64,000 nt of DNA from Chrysemys picta bellii (taxonomy: Eukaryota), in NCBI RefSeq assembly GCF_011386835.1, contig NC_088791.1, forward strand, positions 86,428,001 to 86,492,000, read 5' to 3'. The stretch's first letter is position 1. Every line of letters starts with the position of its first letter. The notes under the pieces are model-generated. The model saw nothing but the letters and a program-made list of their open reading frames with translations. It was not told the DNA's origin and did not search any database. The position numbers and the translations under genes were made by a program. This document shows, piece after piece, positions 49,735 to 63,173 of this stretch.

Positions 49735-50406
49735 TGTGACAAAGTTCCTCTTCTATCTTGGTGGGTCCTGCGCTTATTGGCGGATTTTCTTGCCTCAGAG
49801 ATTCACCATGTGGGTTGGGGAACAGCCCAGAGACCTTCCTCTCTGGAACAACCCACAGTCCAGATCAATTGAGAGGTTTGGGGGGAACCGGGCCCACCCT
49901 CTACGCTGGGTTCCAGCCCAGGGCCCTGTGGACTGCAGCTGTCTATAGGGCCTCCTGTAACAGCTGCATGACAGCTACAACTCCCTGGGCTACTTCCCCA
50001 TGGCCTCCTCCAAACACCTTCCTTATTCTCACCACAGGACCTTCCTCCTGGTGTCTGATAACACTTGTGCTCCTCAGTCCTCCAGCAGCATACCCTCACC
50101 CACACCCTCTCAGCTCCTTGTGCCTCTTGCTCCCAGCTCCTCACACTCACACCACAAACTGAAGTGAGCTCCTTTTTAAAAGCCAAGTGCCCTGATTAGC
50201 CTGCCTCAATTGATTCTAGAAGTTTCTTCTTAATTGGCTCCAGGTGTCCTAATTAGCCTGCTGACTTAACTGGTTCTAGCAGGTTCCTGATTACTGTAGT
50301 GCAGCCCCTGCTCTGGTCACTCAGGGAACAGAAAACTACTCATCCAGTGGCCAATATATTTGCCCTCTATCAGACTCCTGTACCCCACTGGTCTGGGTCT
50401 GTCACA
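49735..50406. mobile_element. Solo LTR (672 bp)
   Basis: tgtgaca...tgtcaca termini. 4-bp TSD ctag at 49731-49734 and 50407-50410. Confidence 0.88.
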
Positions 50407-50762
50407 CTAGGTTAAACTGACCCTTTATTGCAGATTTTATAACCTATAACTGCAGTGATTCGGGATCATTCTGCTTTGAAATGAGACTAACTGTTCCAAT
50501 GCTTTCTTTGAACCGAACATGAACTGCTAGCTCTGACAAATTGCTCTAACCTACCAAACGTGTAGGAGAGACTGAGCATGTGGCAGAAGTTTATTGAATC
50601 AATCATAATTAACAAATAATTGCAGAAATAATATTACAGTTGATTAATTAGCATTTTCTTCATTTGGAACAAATTGGAAATCATATGATCGCAGTTTCCT
50701 GAGATCTTTCACAAAAGCTACTTTTTCAACAGATACCACAGGGGTGGGCACCAATACATAAC

Positions 50763-51120
50763 TAGAGCTGGCTGAAATTTTTCATTTAGTTTTTTTAATG
50801 GCCTTTTAAGAAAAATCAAAAGTGTTTTTGAAAATTTTTTTTTAAATAAACCAGTTTCTGAATAAAACTGGAAAAAATAGCAGTTTTCTAAATTTATCAT
50901 TTTTCTTTCCCCTCCCTTGCCCCATCTCCCCTTTTCAGTGGCAAATGGAAAAAAGAAAAAACTGAGGAAAAGGGGAATAAAGAAAAAAGAAGGTAAGGAT
51001 GGTAGAAGTGGAGGAAAAACTGCCTGAAATTCCTAAAATCAAAATTTTTAAATGAATGAAAAAAGCTTTTCAAAAATCAGTGGAACTGAAATGACAAGTT
51101 TTCACAAAAATGTTTTACGT
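50763..51120. mobile_element. TAGAGCTGG-family DNA repeat
   Basis: Starts tagagctggctgaaattttt. Right end approximate. Confidence 0.45.
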
Positions 51121-51264
51121 TTTTGATAGTTCTATGCAAAACTAACAAACCTATAAAATTGTGATTCTAAGTATTCTGCATGTGTTTGAACTTTGAGAAT
51201 TTAATCTTAATATATAGGCATCCACTGTAAAATGAATGAATAGAAATTTGTGCATATGGTCATT

Positions 51265-52079
51265 TGTGGAGAACAAGGTAGATATCTATTATTTTGTATG
51301 AATATTATCTGTACCTAAGTTTACTTCTTTGACATTATTTTGCCAGACTGCATGGAATCCAAGGAGGCTATTAAGAGGAAACAAACAGGACATGAAACAA
51401 TGACAGAGAAAATACCCAGGGTCTATAAGAGAACAATGAGAGAACTATTAATTGGGACATGCCTACCTGCCTGTCTCTTTCCAGGTGAACAGGCTATTTT
51501 TCCAAGGCCTGAGCCTAAAATCAAATGAACACTGAGCTGTTAGTAACTCCTGCCTGGAGAGTAAGAGGAATGGTGATCAGGCAGCAGCTGTTCAGCGAGA
51601 GAGAGAGAGAAAAACTGCAGTAGGGCAGTGCAGTTTGCCTTTCTCAGCCCACAGATGGAGGTAGCTGGGCTAAATGAAGTTTACCAAAATTTGCAAGAAA
51701 AGGATAACATTTAGGTGAGACCAGACACATATTGGCTTGCAGTGTTTTAACTTTCTCTCTATTTGCTATGTAACCATAAGTGAATAAACAATCTTCTGTT
51801 TTTCTGTTTGAAAAAGTTGTTTGGAGTTACCCAGCGGTTTTGGTTTGGAGTTACAGGCTCCCGAGAGAACTTTCCTGCAAGTGCCAAATACAGTTAGGGC
51901 AGCTGTATTAACATGACTGGTAAACAGGGGGGCTGCAACCCAGAAATCCAGTCCCACAGTGGTTGAGCTGTGGGGTTCCATCTTGGAGAGAAATGAGGGA
52001 AGCGAAGTCTGTCACCCGAGGGATACATTTCAAACTGTGAAAAGGGGTGTAAGACGCAGCTTGCCCTGTAAACATGACA
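51265..52079 (+). mobile_element. Solo LTR, same family as 46603-47321
   Basis: Shared tgtggagaaca start, ttaccaaaatttgcaag, gtgaataaaca and ctgtcacc.gagg; ends tgtaaacatgaca. Confidence 0.7.
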
Positions 52080-54692
52080 TCCTTGCATGTAAAAACATGT
52101 ACAATACCTCTAAATATCTAAATGCTTAAGCAATTACACTTGTATGAGCACCTTAAATGGCTGTTTGAGCATGCAAATACGGATTTTGTCAACCCAATAG
52201 ATGGATGTGCAAATTAAGCCTACAAGAAATTACCTGCAGCAATATTTTCTCAAGAGAAGCCAGAGAGCACTCAGCATCACTTCCACATCTGAGGATGGAA
52301 TGATGCAGCTCTCCTCTCCCTCCTTAAAGCAAAGAATCAACATCTCACAGTATCTTTCAAGGTTTCTAGAGAATAAGATTATATTCTGAGCCTGCAGCCA
52401 GAAGTACCTCTCTCCAACCTATAACTCATCAATATACCAGCCAGGAACTCTCTCTGTACTCCTCACTATGGCAAACCAGAAGTTCTTTTTTCCATGTAAG
52501 TACTTAATCAACTACAGTGCAGGATTGACAACCTTGGAGACAAAAGTCACTGTACATCAACCTTGACCCGGCTGGACTGAGTATCTAATTTAGACTCTAT
52601 TCCCATTCTGTTTTTGCATGGTTAGGAGATGGGCGTGGGTTGTTTATAAAGTTTCTGATGCATTCTGGTGCATTAAAGATACCAACAATTTTCACCCTAC
52701 GCAAGTTACTTGATATCTTTTGGACTACTGAGCTATGCTGTCTCTCTCCTATACAAATTACTTTATACCTTTGAGATTTAAAAAACTTTACTTAGAACAT
52801 TTGAACATGCCAGTTGGGCCTTGAAAATGGCAGTTGTCTAACATAAATAAACCATTATATAGTTCTTTCCATGTATAGAACTCAAAGCACTTTACAAAAC
52901 AAGTGGAGGTAAGATGCCGTCTGTATTCTTGCACACATCATGGTATGTTGATTATGAAACAAACTGTGCTGTTAAAGTTGTATTTCAGACACAAAAGTGC
53001 AATCTGTTATATTTACATAGATAATTTAAAGTGGCATTATGCACTTGCTTTTTTACTTGCTTACTAGAAACACAGAACTATTTCTGAATAGACAAAAGCA
53101 TTTCCAAATATCAAATATTAACTGAGTAATACTATAATGGCAGTGTTAAGAAATTACCTAATTTTGGCCTCTTTTGTATATCACCTAATCGATAGAGCAC
53201 AGTCAACGTAATCCCAAGGACGATGAAGACACAAATGACCTTTCAGAGGAGATTCCAATAATAAATCCTTAAGGGCTTTTAAAGATAACACTGACTGGGT
53301 TAACAGCATATTTATTATATTCAGAATCACTAGTTCAAACTATGACATTTGAAAAAAATAGAACATTTGAGTCTGATGACGTTGTAAAAAGGATTATACC
53401 AGCTATGCAATAGTTATTTAGAGGTCTTTAATGTACCTCTCTCCAATGGTTCTATATAATAACAGTAATTCATAAATAAGTCTTTTGTGTGGCAATGAAA
53501 ACTTTCTAATGAGAGTTACATATATAAATTTAGCAGTCTGTGTTTTATGGGGTGAACATGCCACATGCTTCCATGAGGAAATGAACTTTATTTTAAAGAT
53601 TGATTAAAAGAAATGTTGGCAGCATAAAGAAAAAGCAGGCATATAATACATTTGCAAATGGCATCTAAATATTTCTACCCAATTCTGAGCTTTCATTATT
53701 ATTTATTATTTTACAGCACCAAGATGTGTACTAGGCACATCAAAGAGCACAACACAAGACAGCTCCCTGCATCAAAGCACAAACAATGCAACTGCTTCTA
53801 AAGGTTTTTCTACTAAAATGTAATTGGTCTTATTCTAATACCATCTGATTCAAATGTTGTATGTTCACATTTTTACTACTTGCAAAGAAAGACTCAGTAT
53901 AACTTGGTCATTTCCATGTTCACCATTAAACCAAACTTGGTGTCCAACTCTACCCCTCTGATATACAAATGCAGCTCCCACTGGCTCCAATAAGATTGAA
54001 CGTGCACACAGTGGTCACCATTACAATGTTAACATTGACCAAACCGCATCAGAGATATCATAGTTATTCCCTGTCCTTAGGGATACACTAAGAGTTAACT
54101 GTTGGTAAATGCTGATGGCTCCTAATTCTGAGTTATAGGTTGCAGAGTCCACAAGGGGAGGGTTCTACATGAGGTCTCCAGTCTATTTCATTTCCATTCA
54201 GGCCAGAAACACTGTAAGAACCACCATCTTGTGGTATATTGACACTTTTGCTCCAAGCCAGAACTCAGAATTACAAAGATGTGATGGGAAAAATTTTAAA
54301 AAAACAACAACACACAATTGGGAGAAGTAGCTGAAGTTTTTAGACCACAAAGTAGGTTGGGTTTAGGTTTGATTTGAGTTTTTAATATTTTACAGACTCA
54401 GTGCAAAAGATATTTTTAAAATGTTTGTAAGGTACCCAGCAAAATATAACGTAAACCTTGACTGGGGCCTGCCTGCACTTCCGAAAAAAGTAATAATAAT
54501 AATAATGGGAGAAGGTTTGAGGTTGTGGTATATTTTGATTGTATCCAAATCAGTTCACACATCCCTAATTTTAAACCCATGTTGCTGTTTATTATCCTTT
54601 CAGATTTGTATCTGGAATAACAGAAAATAGGTAATATTTAATATTACTATCAAACTACTATGAACACATTTCAGACTATGTAGTATTCGAGA

Positions 54693-56346
54693 TAGGGTGA
54701 CTATATTTCCCTATGCTGAATTTGGGACACCTGGTACAATTACTCGTATTCAAGCGAGTTCAATGGCAATTAATCAGAATTATGCAGTACCAACATTCAA
54801 ATTAACATCAAGTTGACTGAGCCCGTTAAAAAAACAACAACTGTGTACTTGGATTGTTTTTATTTACCTTCTTATCTTTAAGGCTTTAGGGTTCACATGG
54901 GAAGGGTGAAACACACACACACATCTCTCACAGAGGGAGGGTGACTGACTGACCCGGTGCTCTCCACCTGCCTCTCCTGGTTCCTGGCACCATGTCTTCC
55001 CGAGGCAACATGTGGGAGGGCACGCAGGGTCACATGCACCCTCCACTCCAGATTTCTTCTAGGGTTCACACCATAATGTGACCAGCAGCAGCCTTTTGGC
55101 ACTGTGCGGGAGGGAAGGGACAGGAGCTGCTTCCAAGCCGCAGGGGAGGAGGAGTGGGGCAGGGGGAGGATGACCTGGCTTGTGTCTTTGCAAAGCTCAT
55201 CTCTTCCCCACCCCATGCCCCTGCATGTTCCCCTGTGGCTGGAAGCAGCTTATCCCTTCCTGCCCACACAGTGTCAAAAGGCAGCTAACACCTCCAGGCT
55301 GCTGCTGGCCACCGACATAACCCATCTGCCTCCTGTTGCCCGGCTACAGTGCGGGCAGGAAGGTGTTAAGCCCTAAGGATGCTTTGTGTACCAGGGCCCA
55401 GGAAACCGGACTGCAGGGGCTTCAGAAAATCCGGCCAGAGAGGTGGCTCAGCAAGGGAGGGTACCTAGGGGATGGCGCAACCCTGCACTCCCTGGGGGTA
55501 CGACCCAGGGCATGGTTGTGTGTGAAGAGGGTGCTAAGCCCCTGTCCGGGGAGCTGCTGTAGAGCCTGCAGGGTCGAGGTGCGAACAGGCTGGAAATCAC
55601 TTCCCAACTGCCACTCCAGAGCTTAGCTGAGGGGTGCAGAGAGGCTTCCCTGTGTCAGTGCTGTGTGGAGCTTTGGCACAAGAAGGGCTTGGCTCCTCTT
55701 GGCCAGCATCCTGGGCTGGAGGGTTTGGGGCTTTCCCAGGGTGCCAGCTCAGCTAGAGGCAGGGGGGAAGGAAGAGCCTGCTGGCCAGGCTGATGGTGAG
55801 CTGAGCGCTCCGACCAGGGGCTGGTTCTCCCCACAGCACTAGGAGTGGGATGAATCCCACTGAGGGGAGATGGAGAAGCAGTAGGGCTAGGGTGCTGAAG
55901 GGGCAAAACAGGGAGAGGACAACGAGGGGGGACCATGTAAAGGGTGGATGGGTGGGCAGCAGAGGTGACACATAACTGGCTGCCGCCTGGCACCTGCCCA
56001 TACTCACCAGCTGCCGCAGCTCGCAGCCAGCACCATTCGGAAATGGGACAGGGGGCTGTACTGATGGATGAGCAGGGGAAGTGCCCAGCCCTGTGCATTG
56101 CATCTTCGTCCTGCCACCAGCTTTGCACACCGACCCCCATTGTCTTACACTGGACCCCCACCACTCTCTGCTGGTGGGCAGGTGGCTGGTGAGCAGGGAT
56201 CTGGCCAGCAGCAGGACTCGCTAGTACTGATGAGGGGAAGACAGAAAATATGGGACAATTTCCCCGTTTTTAAGAAAAAGTCGGGACAATGGCAGGAGGG
56301 CTTAAATCAGACTGTCCCTTTAAAAATGGGATGTTTGGTCACCCTA
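54693..56346. mobile_element. hAT-type non-autonomous element (1.65 kb, GC-rich interior)
   Basis: TIR tagggtgac / gtcacccta with subterminal gggaca repeats. TSD attcgaga / attagaga. Confidence 0.88.
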
Positions 56347-57329
56347 ATTAGAGAAAGCAAAACAAGATCAATCACCAAGAAATTAAATACATGACTTTCA
56401 AAGAGGATTTTAAACAATGTTGCAAAGAAATATCGCAAAAGTATTTACATTTTGTTTTTAATAGTAACCTCCATGATATACAGGTCACAATATTATTTAA
56501 GACCCACTAATGTTGTATTTTCCATAGCATTTTTCTTCAAGTTTTCCACCTTGCATTTCCAGTGATTTAGCTCTACTGATTTTAGCAATGGTGTCAACAT
56601 TAATGTAAATCACCTGCCCACATTTTAGTCACCACGTCCCTCAAACCCAAACCCAAGTCTAGATGATTGTGGTTAGAATCCTAGTGGCTTGTCCACAGTA
56701 GAGTTCCTGCTGTTTGCTACGTTTGGTGGAGCTGCACCAGTGGTAGTACAGTGGCGGAAAATGTAAAGACAAATGTTAGTGTAAACTAAACCCATAGAAT
56801 TCAAATGCTTGTTGTCATGTCTTTTTGCCAATTCTGGAAGCTGGTTCAGTAATAAAAGCTGTCTGTCCCAGTACAAGAAACTGTACATCAGTACTTGCTG
56901 ATAATTTTGCAAGTCTCATTTGAAGTGTGGCAGAGAGATATAATTTTCTCCCTAAAATCCTTGTTGAGGGTGAAGAACTAACCCTTTAGTGGTTTGACTA
57001 TTCATTAAATTACCTTAACAACCAGAAAGCCTGACTTGGAGTGAGTATAAACATTTATCAGATCATCATAGTGGACCTGGTGAAGTCTCTGCACATATTT
57101 GGATATGAGCAGGATAAAGGCAGGCATTAGCTAAAGGGTCCCAGCTGGTGAAAGGAGATTCAGAGGAACAGCCAATCTGCTCTTTTGCTGGAACTCTAAG
57201 ATACCAAATAAATAGAAAAATGTCTAAAAAAAAGTTCAATATCTAATCATTTAGATTAATAGATTTTAAGGCCAGAAGGAACCATTATGATTATTATTTA
57301 CATAACAAATAATACTTTGTCCTTTTATA

Positions 57330-57480
57330 GCACCTTTGCAATATAAAGAATCCTCTGAAGAACATTGCAAAGGTGATTAAGTATTGTCTTCCTGCACACA
57401 GAGGCTAAGACTGAAGATCATACAGCAGGTTAGTGGCAGAGTCAGGAACACAATCTCTGTCTTCTGACTTACAGTTTTTT
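57330..57480 (+). mobile_element. MIR/CORE-SINE-like remnant
   Basis: acagaggctaagactgaagatcatacagcaggttagtggcagagtcagga resembles the CORE domain. Confidence 0.5.
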
Positions 57481-58989
57481 TCTTTAATATTAGGTCATTC
57501 TACCTCAAAGTTTGCATGGCTCTTCAAAAGTGTATTAAAGACACTTACATGAAGGGGCTTACAATGTAACTCACATTTCTATGATACACCAGATATCAAT
57601 TCTACAAAGCAGATGTTATTAAAGAGAAATGTTGGAAGAATTTGCAAAGCAAGAGGATTATAAAGAAGGATTTGAAACTGAAATTGTTTGGTGCATCAGA
57701 ATCAAGACGGCATTCCAGGCATAGGGTATCATATATAAGAAGCTGAAAGTGGAAGAACTCAAAAATAGCAGTTAAGGAAGACTCTTAAAGGATTCTAAAT
57801 TCCTATTCCTAACCATCCATACACATTTCTGGCTCTCATCTAAGCAAGGGATAAATTAAGAACTTTATCCATATACAGGCTGCATTCAAGCAAAACTTGT
57901 ATACTTTGCACATACTTTTAGCAATTGGAATACTACACTTATATCTCCTGCTAAGTAACTCATTTGATTAACAAAAATTGAAATTAGCTGTCACTGACTC
58001 TTTCAGCCACTCTCTTCCATCATCTCCCACATCTGTTGTAAATCATTGTCTAGGGGCAAACCGAGGCTTTCAAATACTTGTTTAATAGTCAGTCTCCGCC
58101 TGTGTCTTTGTAGCTGAAGTGCATTGCATGGGGTCATTAGTTTCACTATGTACTTTGCACATGTTTAATTATGCTATTATGCAACTTTTTCTTTTCAAAT
58201 AATAATGGCATTATTTTCAGTATTCCATTTTATTTCATCTGCTATAAATTCAGGCTGTGGATTTGACATGGACAATTTTGTGGATGAGTCATGATAACAT
58301 TGTCAATATCACAGCTCTTGGGAATCCTGGGGAAAATTATAAAAAGTCATAGAAAGGTTTTGTAGCAGCTAAACTGCTTTTGCAAAACCAGGGGTATCTG
58401 GTTCTTTTAAAAACATGTTTTTGGAGAACCACAAGACTTTCTGGATACTTAGCGATATGTTGCGTTGGTTTCTTTCCCTAGGCAAAGGGTAGATCTCTTT
58501 GTAGACTCTGAGGCTTTATCTTCATTGGAAATTTAATTATGTTCCCACCAGGAATTTTCTCTTTAACGCACTCCCCATTCATACAACACCCCTCAGTCAT
58601 GCCATAGTTGTGCCACGTGACAAGGCAGCCACCATGCCCTGAGGGATACGGCAGAGCCTGAGTTAGCTTCTCTCATATTTTGTTAACCCAAAGAAACTGA
58701 AGTGAAAATATATGATCAATGACAACAATCGGTAGATGACGGTTCACCAATCCCTTCTCACAAGCCCTGTGTGTGCCTAATCTTGGGTACAGTATTGTCA
58801 TCTATCTGTGTGCTGACCAGAAGTCAACTACCTTCATCTGCCTCTTCTTAGGGTCTTCAGTCCCATGCTACTTCTGCTGCTTTGGTTGTCTTTGGTCTCT
58901 GGAAGACTGTCTACTAACAAGCCCCTGTATCAGCATGCAGTCATCTGGCTGGAGGCTGACACCAAATCTTGGGTGATCTTTGGGCTGAA

Positions 58990-59230
58990 GCATGCAAAAC
59001 CCATGATTTGGATCCTTGAAGAGGAACCTTCACTTCAACTGTATAACAATGAGCATTGACAACCACTAGCTGATCATGGGGTCAACTGTACCAGACAACA
59101 ATGAAGGGGGAAGATTAAGAATATCAGGGTGAGCTACTAGAAAGCCAAGGATAACAATCACAAGTCCAGTTCTGCCTTGATGAGCTCCCCATTTTATGAG
59201 GAGATGACTGCATGTTGAGCAGATCCCTGA
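58990..59230 (+). pseudogene. Harbinger Myb/SANT (trihelix) protein remnant
   Basis: HGVNCTRQQ*RGKIKNIRVSY*KAKDNNHKS and PFYEEM match the pattern G..R...QCR.KIK.LR..Y.KAK..N..SG...CPFY.E. Confidence 0.72.
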
Positions 59231-59612
59231 GCATAGAGCCCCACTACAGCATGGACTCCTTTGTGGAACGAGTACAGGAGTGGGTTTGAAACCCAGATGT
59301 CTTCAGGGATACAGAATCCATCCCTCCAAACAACAACCCCGCTGGAAGAAGACCTTAGTCCAAGTCACAGGGACTTTTAAGAGGTTCGGACCAGGAAGAG
59401 CACAGTGGTTTTGAGGGGATCCTCATGGAAGAACCAGAGGAGAACACAGCATCTCAGCTGAGATGGGTGCAGCCATTGTATTATTATTTGGAATATTATA
59501 AAATATGTGGACAGGTTTTAGCCCTTTTACCATGTCCTCTAACCTATAGACAACAATGGCTGTGCGAGCCAGTCACTGAGGCAATCAATAAGCCATGGAA
59601 ATGCATCACCAG

Positions 59613-60221
59613 TGTTGACGTCACTAGGCCTCACCCTAGGTAACTTGGGAGGGTGGAAGGCCACTAAGTGTCAATGAAGCCTTCCTGCACTAGGCCTAAA
59701 TGAACCAAACTCTATCCTTCCATGTTTAAACTCTAATCAACCTCAAAAGCCAGGTGCAATTGGAATATGTAAGCAACCAGTTATCTGTGTGCAACCCCCT
59801 GCTCAAGCTGTAATAATGAGGTCTGCATGTTTCTGGCTGAAGGGAAAAAGGACAAGATAACGGTTTAAAGAAGTTACTAACAAGCTAGGCTTATAGCTGC
59901 CAAGAATGATTTAACTGCTTAAATGTAATCATTATTTGCTTAGTAACTATTACCAGGGACGGGAGGGGTAGAGGGAGGAATGGGGGGGGGGGGAGAAAGG
60001 GAGGGCTAGAGGGGAAAGGGGGGGTGAGGCTTAACTGCAAAATGTATAAAAGAAGAAAAACTGTTCCTGTTAGTGATCTGAGACGTGCCTATCTCCTAGC
60101 ACCGCTTTGGGATCCCAAATAAACTTTGTTTGCTTCTTCCCCTGGTGTGTTGATTGGCGCGAAGCACACCGGGCAACGAACCCCGCTGTTGCTTTGCCTC
60201 GGGCACTCTGTGCTGGCAACA
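59613..60221 (+). mobile_element. ERV-type solo LTR (609 bp)
   Basis: tgttg...caaca termini. TSD ccag at 59609-59612 and 60222-60225. TATAAAA at 60045-60051 and AATAAA at 60118-60123. Confidence 0.9.
59616..59623. promoter_or_regulatory. Perfect CRE palindrome TGACGTCA at the start of LTR U3
   Basis: Sequence match only; function untested. Confidence 0.4.
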
Positions 60222-60699
60222 CCAGTATCTGCTGCACTCCATGCCCATTCCAATGTGGGTAATAGAACAGATGCACTGATGATGTGCAGTTTCATTATTT
60301 GTAATGCATCAAGGTTTTGTGTTATGTCTGGAAGGTTTGTTTTGCAATTGTTCCTCCTCCTCTCCCATTTTTAAACTGTGTTAGGGCAGCTGGACTGCCT
60401 ACATATGTTTACCTTCAATGAATGTAAGTAAAGAAAAAGAAAAATGCCAAATGAACCATATTTCTTTCTTTAATTCATGTTCAAACACTACATTTGATTT
60501 CAAGGCAACAGCCCCAGTTTGCCAGTCCCATCAATTATCCTCTGAGTACTCTCTATTCAGTGCAGGAATGTGAGTGCATGAGGCATCTCTTATGTCCTTT
60601 GCTGTAACAGACCCTGCACCAGCATCAGCAGGCACAAGGCGATAGTCTCTAAGAGACCCCCAAACCACCACTGTCCTCACATATAGTGGGAAGCACACA

Positions 60700-61400
60700 A
60701 CAAGCCCCCATCCCATGCATGGGATTATATATACTACAAAACCATAAGCAGTGCCACATTGCTTTCAGTGGCCAAATGCACGTTCCACCACCATCTTGCA
60801 CCTTCTCAGCATATAGTTAAACTGCCTCCTGCCCAGTGGGTACAATTCAGGATAAACCTTCATCAAACCAGGGTAACAGAAAATAAGACTGGATCACCTA
60901 AAATCACAATTTTCACAGACATCCCAATAATGACAGGCAGAACAATGTATCAGCTTTTCCATGTCAAAACAGGCCAGACCTCGAGATCACCCTGGCACTA
61001 TGCATTTGGACAGCACATCCTATGTGGGTATCCATGAATATGCCACCAGAGTCTGTTGTTGTTGCGCTTTTGCTTGTAACTGCAACTCACTATCTCTGCC
61101 CTCTCTGGGCAAAAAGCTGCATCGGAAACACCCACCACTGTATCTTGGCAGCAGCTTCTGCAGAAACATGCCAAAGAAACATTTCCTCCATGAAAGTCAG
61201 CAGTGGTTGGTCCCAGATCTTATGATAGCGGGATCTATAGTTTCAGCACTAGGACACAATGCACACCACTACAGCACTTTAGGTCTTACCCATATGCCCA
61301 ATGCATTTCCTGGCCCTAGATAGTTTCCTCTCACAATCCCCAGAGTGGGCAGACAAGTTGTCCCACAAAAGCACACATGGAGCAGGATAGTGAGTTGTAG
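60700..61400 (-). pseudogene. Harbinger DDE transposase (HARBI1-like) remnant
   Basis: FMDTHIGCAVQMHSARV (cf. FTDINVGWSGKVHDAR), VILGDP, FNYMLRRCKMVVERAFGH (cf. FNYRLSRCRMVVECAFGRLK). Confidence 0.85.
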
Positions 61401-61531
61401 TACTATGAAACACAAAATATGCACCCAGGTATCTGTACTGCCTCTCATGACCCAGATACATCACCAGTGCAGATACAGGTGTGACAGCAGCATGAGGAAC
61501 TAGACAGAACTAACTAGTGAGTTAGACTACT

Positions 61532-61940
61532 CATAGGCGCCAACATTCTCTGGCGCCGGTGGGTGCCTGCGCCCCCCTGCCCCTGGCCCTGCCCCTGGCC
61601 CTGCCCCTGGCCCTGCCCCTGGCCCCGCCCGACTCCACCCCATCCCCGCCCCATTCCAACCCCATCCCCAAAGTCCCCGCCCTAATTCCACCCCCTCCCT
61701 GCCCCTATTGGATACCTAATTCCACCCCACCCCAGCCCCGCCTCTTCCCCCCAGCGCGCTGCGTTCCCCCTCTTCCCCACCCCACGAATCAGCTGTTTTG
61801 CGGCGCAAGCTCTGGGAGGGAGGGGGGAGAAGCAGGACGCGGCGGCGCGCTCGCGGAGGAGGCGGAGGCGAACTGGAGCAGGGGGCGGGGCCACAGGGAG
61901 CTGCTCCAGCCCCAGGGCACCCACGGAGTTGGCACCTATG
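61532..61940. mobile_element. hAT-type MITE, GC-rich, with (ccctggccctgc)n tandem
   Basis: TIR cataggcgccaac / gttggcacctatg. Perfect 8-bp TSD agactact. Confidence 0.93.
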
Positions 61941-62007
61941 AGACTACTATGAGATGATTACCCACAATTGCCCAACTTGTAATTAGCCTGCAATGAGGAC
62001 ATAACTT

Positions 62008-62240
62008 AAGGCCTTTTCTTCACTAGAAAAAAGGTGTGTTCCTAACCCGAGGTAACTAGCAATCCTAGTGTAGATAAGGCAGTTTTAGTTTACAAATGAG
62101 TTAGCAGGTCCAGTTAGACTACAGTTTACCTTCATCTGCTAACTCATGTGAAAACTACAAACTGCCTTGTCTACAAGGATTTTACTTCCTGTTAGCTAAC
62201 ACAAGTTAAGAACAACCCTTTTTTTCCTAGTGAAGGTGCA
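62008..62240. mobile_element. Fold-back Harbinger-like MITE
   Basis: cttcactagaaaaaaggtgtgttcctaac versus gttaagaacaaccctttttttcctagtgaag. Inner arms gtgtagataaggcagt / actgccttgtctac. Confidence 0.6.
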
Positions 62241-63173
62241 CCCTGAGAGTGTAGTTGGGTCCAGTGAGAGTGTGCATGGGTGCCTGAGATGTTTTGCTTG
62301 CAATTAGTGATTGAAGGTTGTGGGCAGGCAGTGGAGAGAGAAGAGGATTAGATGAAGGGAAGGAAAGAGCTTGAGACAAGATAAGAAAGAAGAAAGTGGG
62401 GACTGAACAGAAGGAAGAGTTCTCAGCAATGAACAAAAGAAAGGTGTGGGAGAAAACAGGAGAGAAACAAGAGGGAAAAGGGAGAGAAAAATTATTGTTA
62501 AAGGAACCAGATAGTGGAAAAGAAGAAAGATGGTGGATTCTAGAAAGAAAAATAAAACACTAAAAAACAAAATGGAAAAAGGAAGAAAGACAAAAACATA
62601 GGAAGACAACGCAAATTGAAATAATTATTCCAATTTTAATGCCAAAATATTACAAATACAATGTTTTGTTTTATATGCAAGAAGTATCTTTGGTGCAATC
62701 CACGGAGCATTATCACGAGACCCCCTCCATTTACCAGCATATGTGCACTTAATATATGCACAGTTGGTTCTGGTAAAGTTAGGGGAGTTACTATCTGGGA
62801 GAATTTTGTGACTGCAAAGAGATGTTGCCACAGCTACTTGCTAGTCCATCCCTGGAGTGAGTTTCTTCTATAGGTAGGTGAGGAAGGGATTCCTTAATTC
62901 CACTGCAATCAGTGCAATGGGATGCTAGGTCCTACCACTGGGTCCACTCCAGTCAATTTGTCCATGCTTTCATCCTTAAATATGCAGTGAAGGTTAGTCT
63001 ACTTGTAACCCACACACCTCCTGGGTGTGGTGTTCTGTCCCATCTAGTGCCACTGAGACAGATAAATGAATGTGCTTTACAGCCTTAGCTAATAGCCATT
63101 TGGGTTTTGGCTCATGCACTAAGCTCCAGAGGCCCCAGGTTTGATGACGACCAAGGTCTGTCAGTGTTACAAG

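Larger units (their letters stand above)
58930..61400. mobile_element. Degraded autonomous-type PIF/Harbinger transposon with convergent Myb/SANT and DDE transposase remnants
   Basis: See the two pseudogene entries. Interrupted by the LTR at 59613-60221. Termini not located. Confidence 0.78.

Noticed and set aside
46603-52079. Two related LTRs in direct orientation as the ends of one provirus
   Set aside because: The intervening DNA is DIRS and other repeats, DIRS sequence continues on both sides of the first LTR, and there is no PBS, PPT or shared TSD. They are best read as independent solo LTRs.
56673-56912. Ser/Thr-rich ORF resembling the upstream ANKS1B linker exon
   Set aside because: It overlaps a gtgtagac-type MITE-like sequence and lacks the expected residues and splice phase.
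61559-61957. 132-aa Pro-rich ORF with PLALPLAL repeats
   Set aside because: Translation of the (ccctggccctgc)n tandem within a hAT MITE.
62304-62609. Hydrophobic 101-aa 'membrane protein' ORF
   Set aside because: Antisense reading of a purine-rich low-complexity tract.
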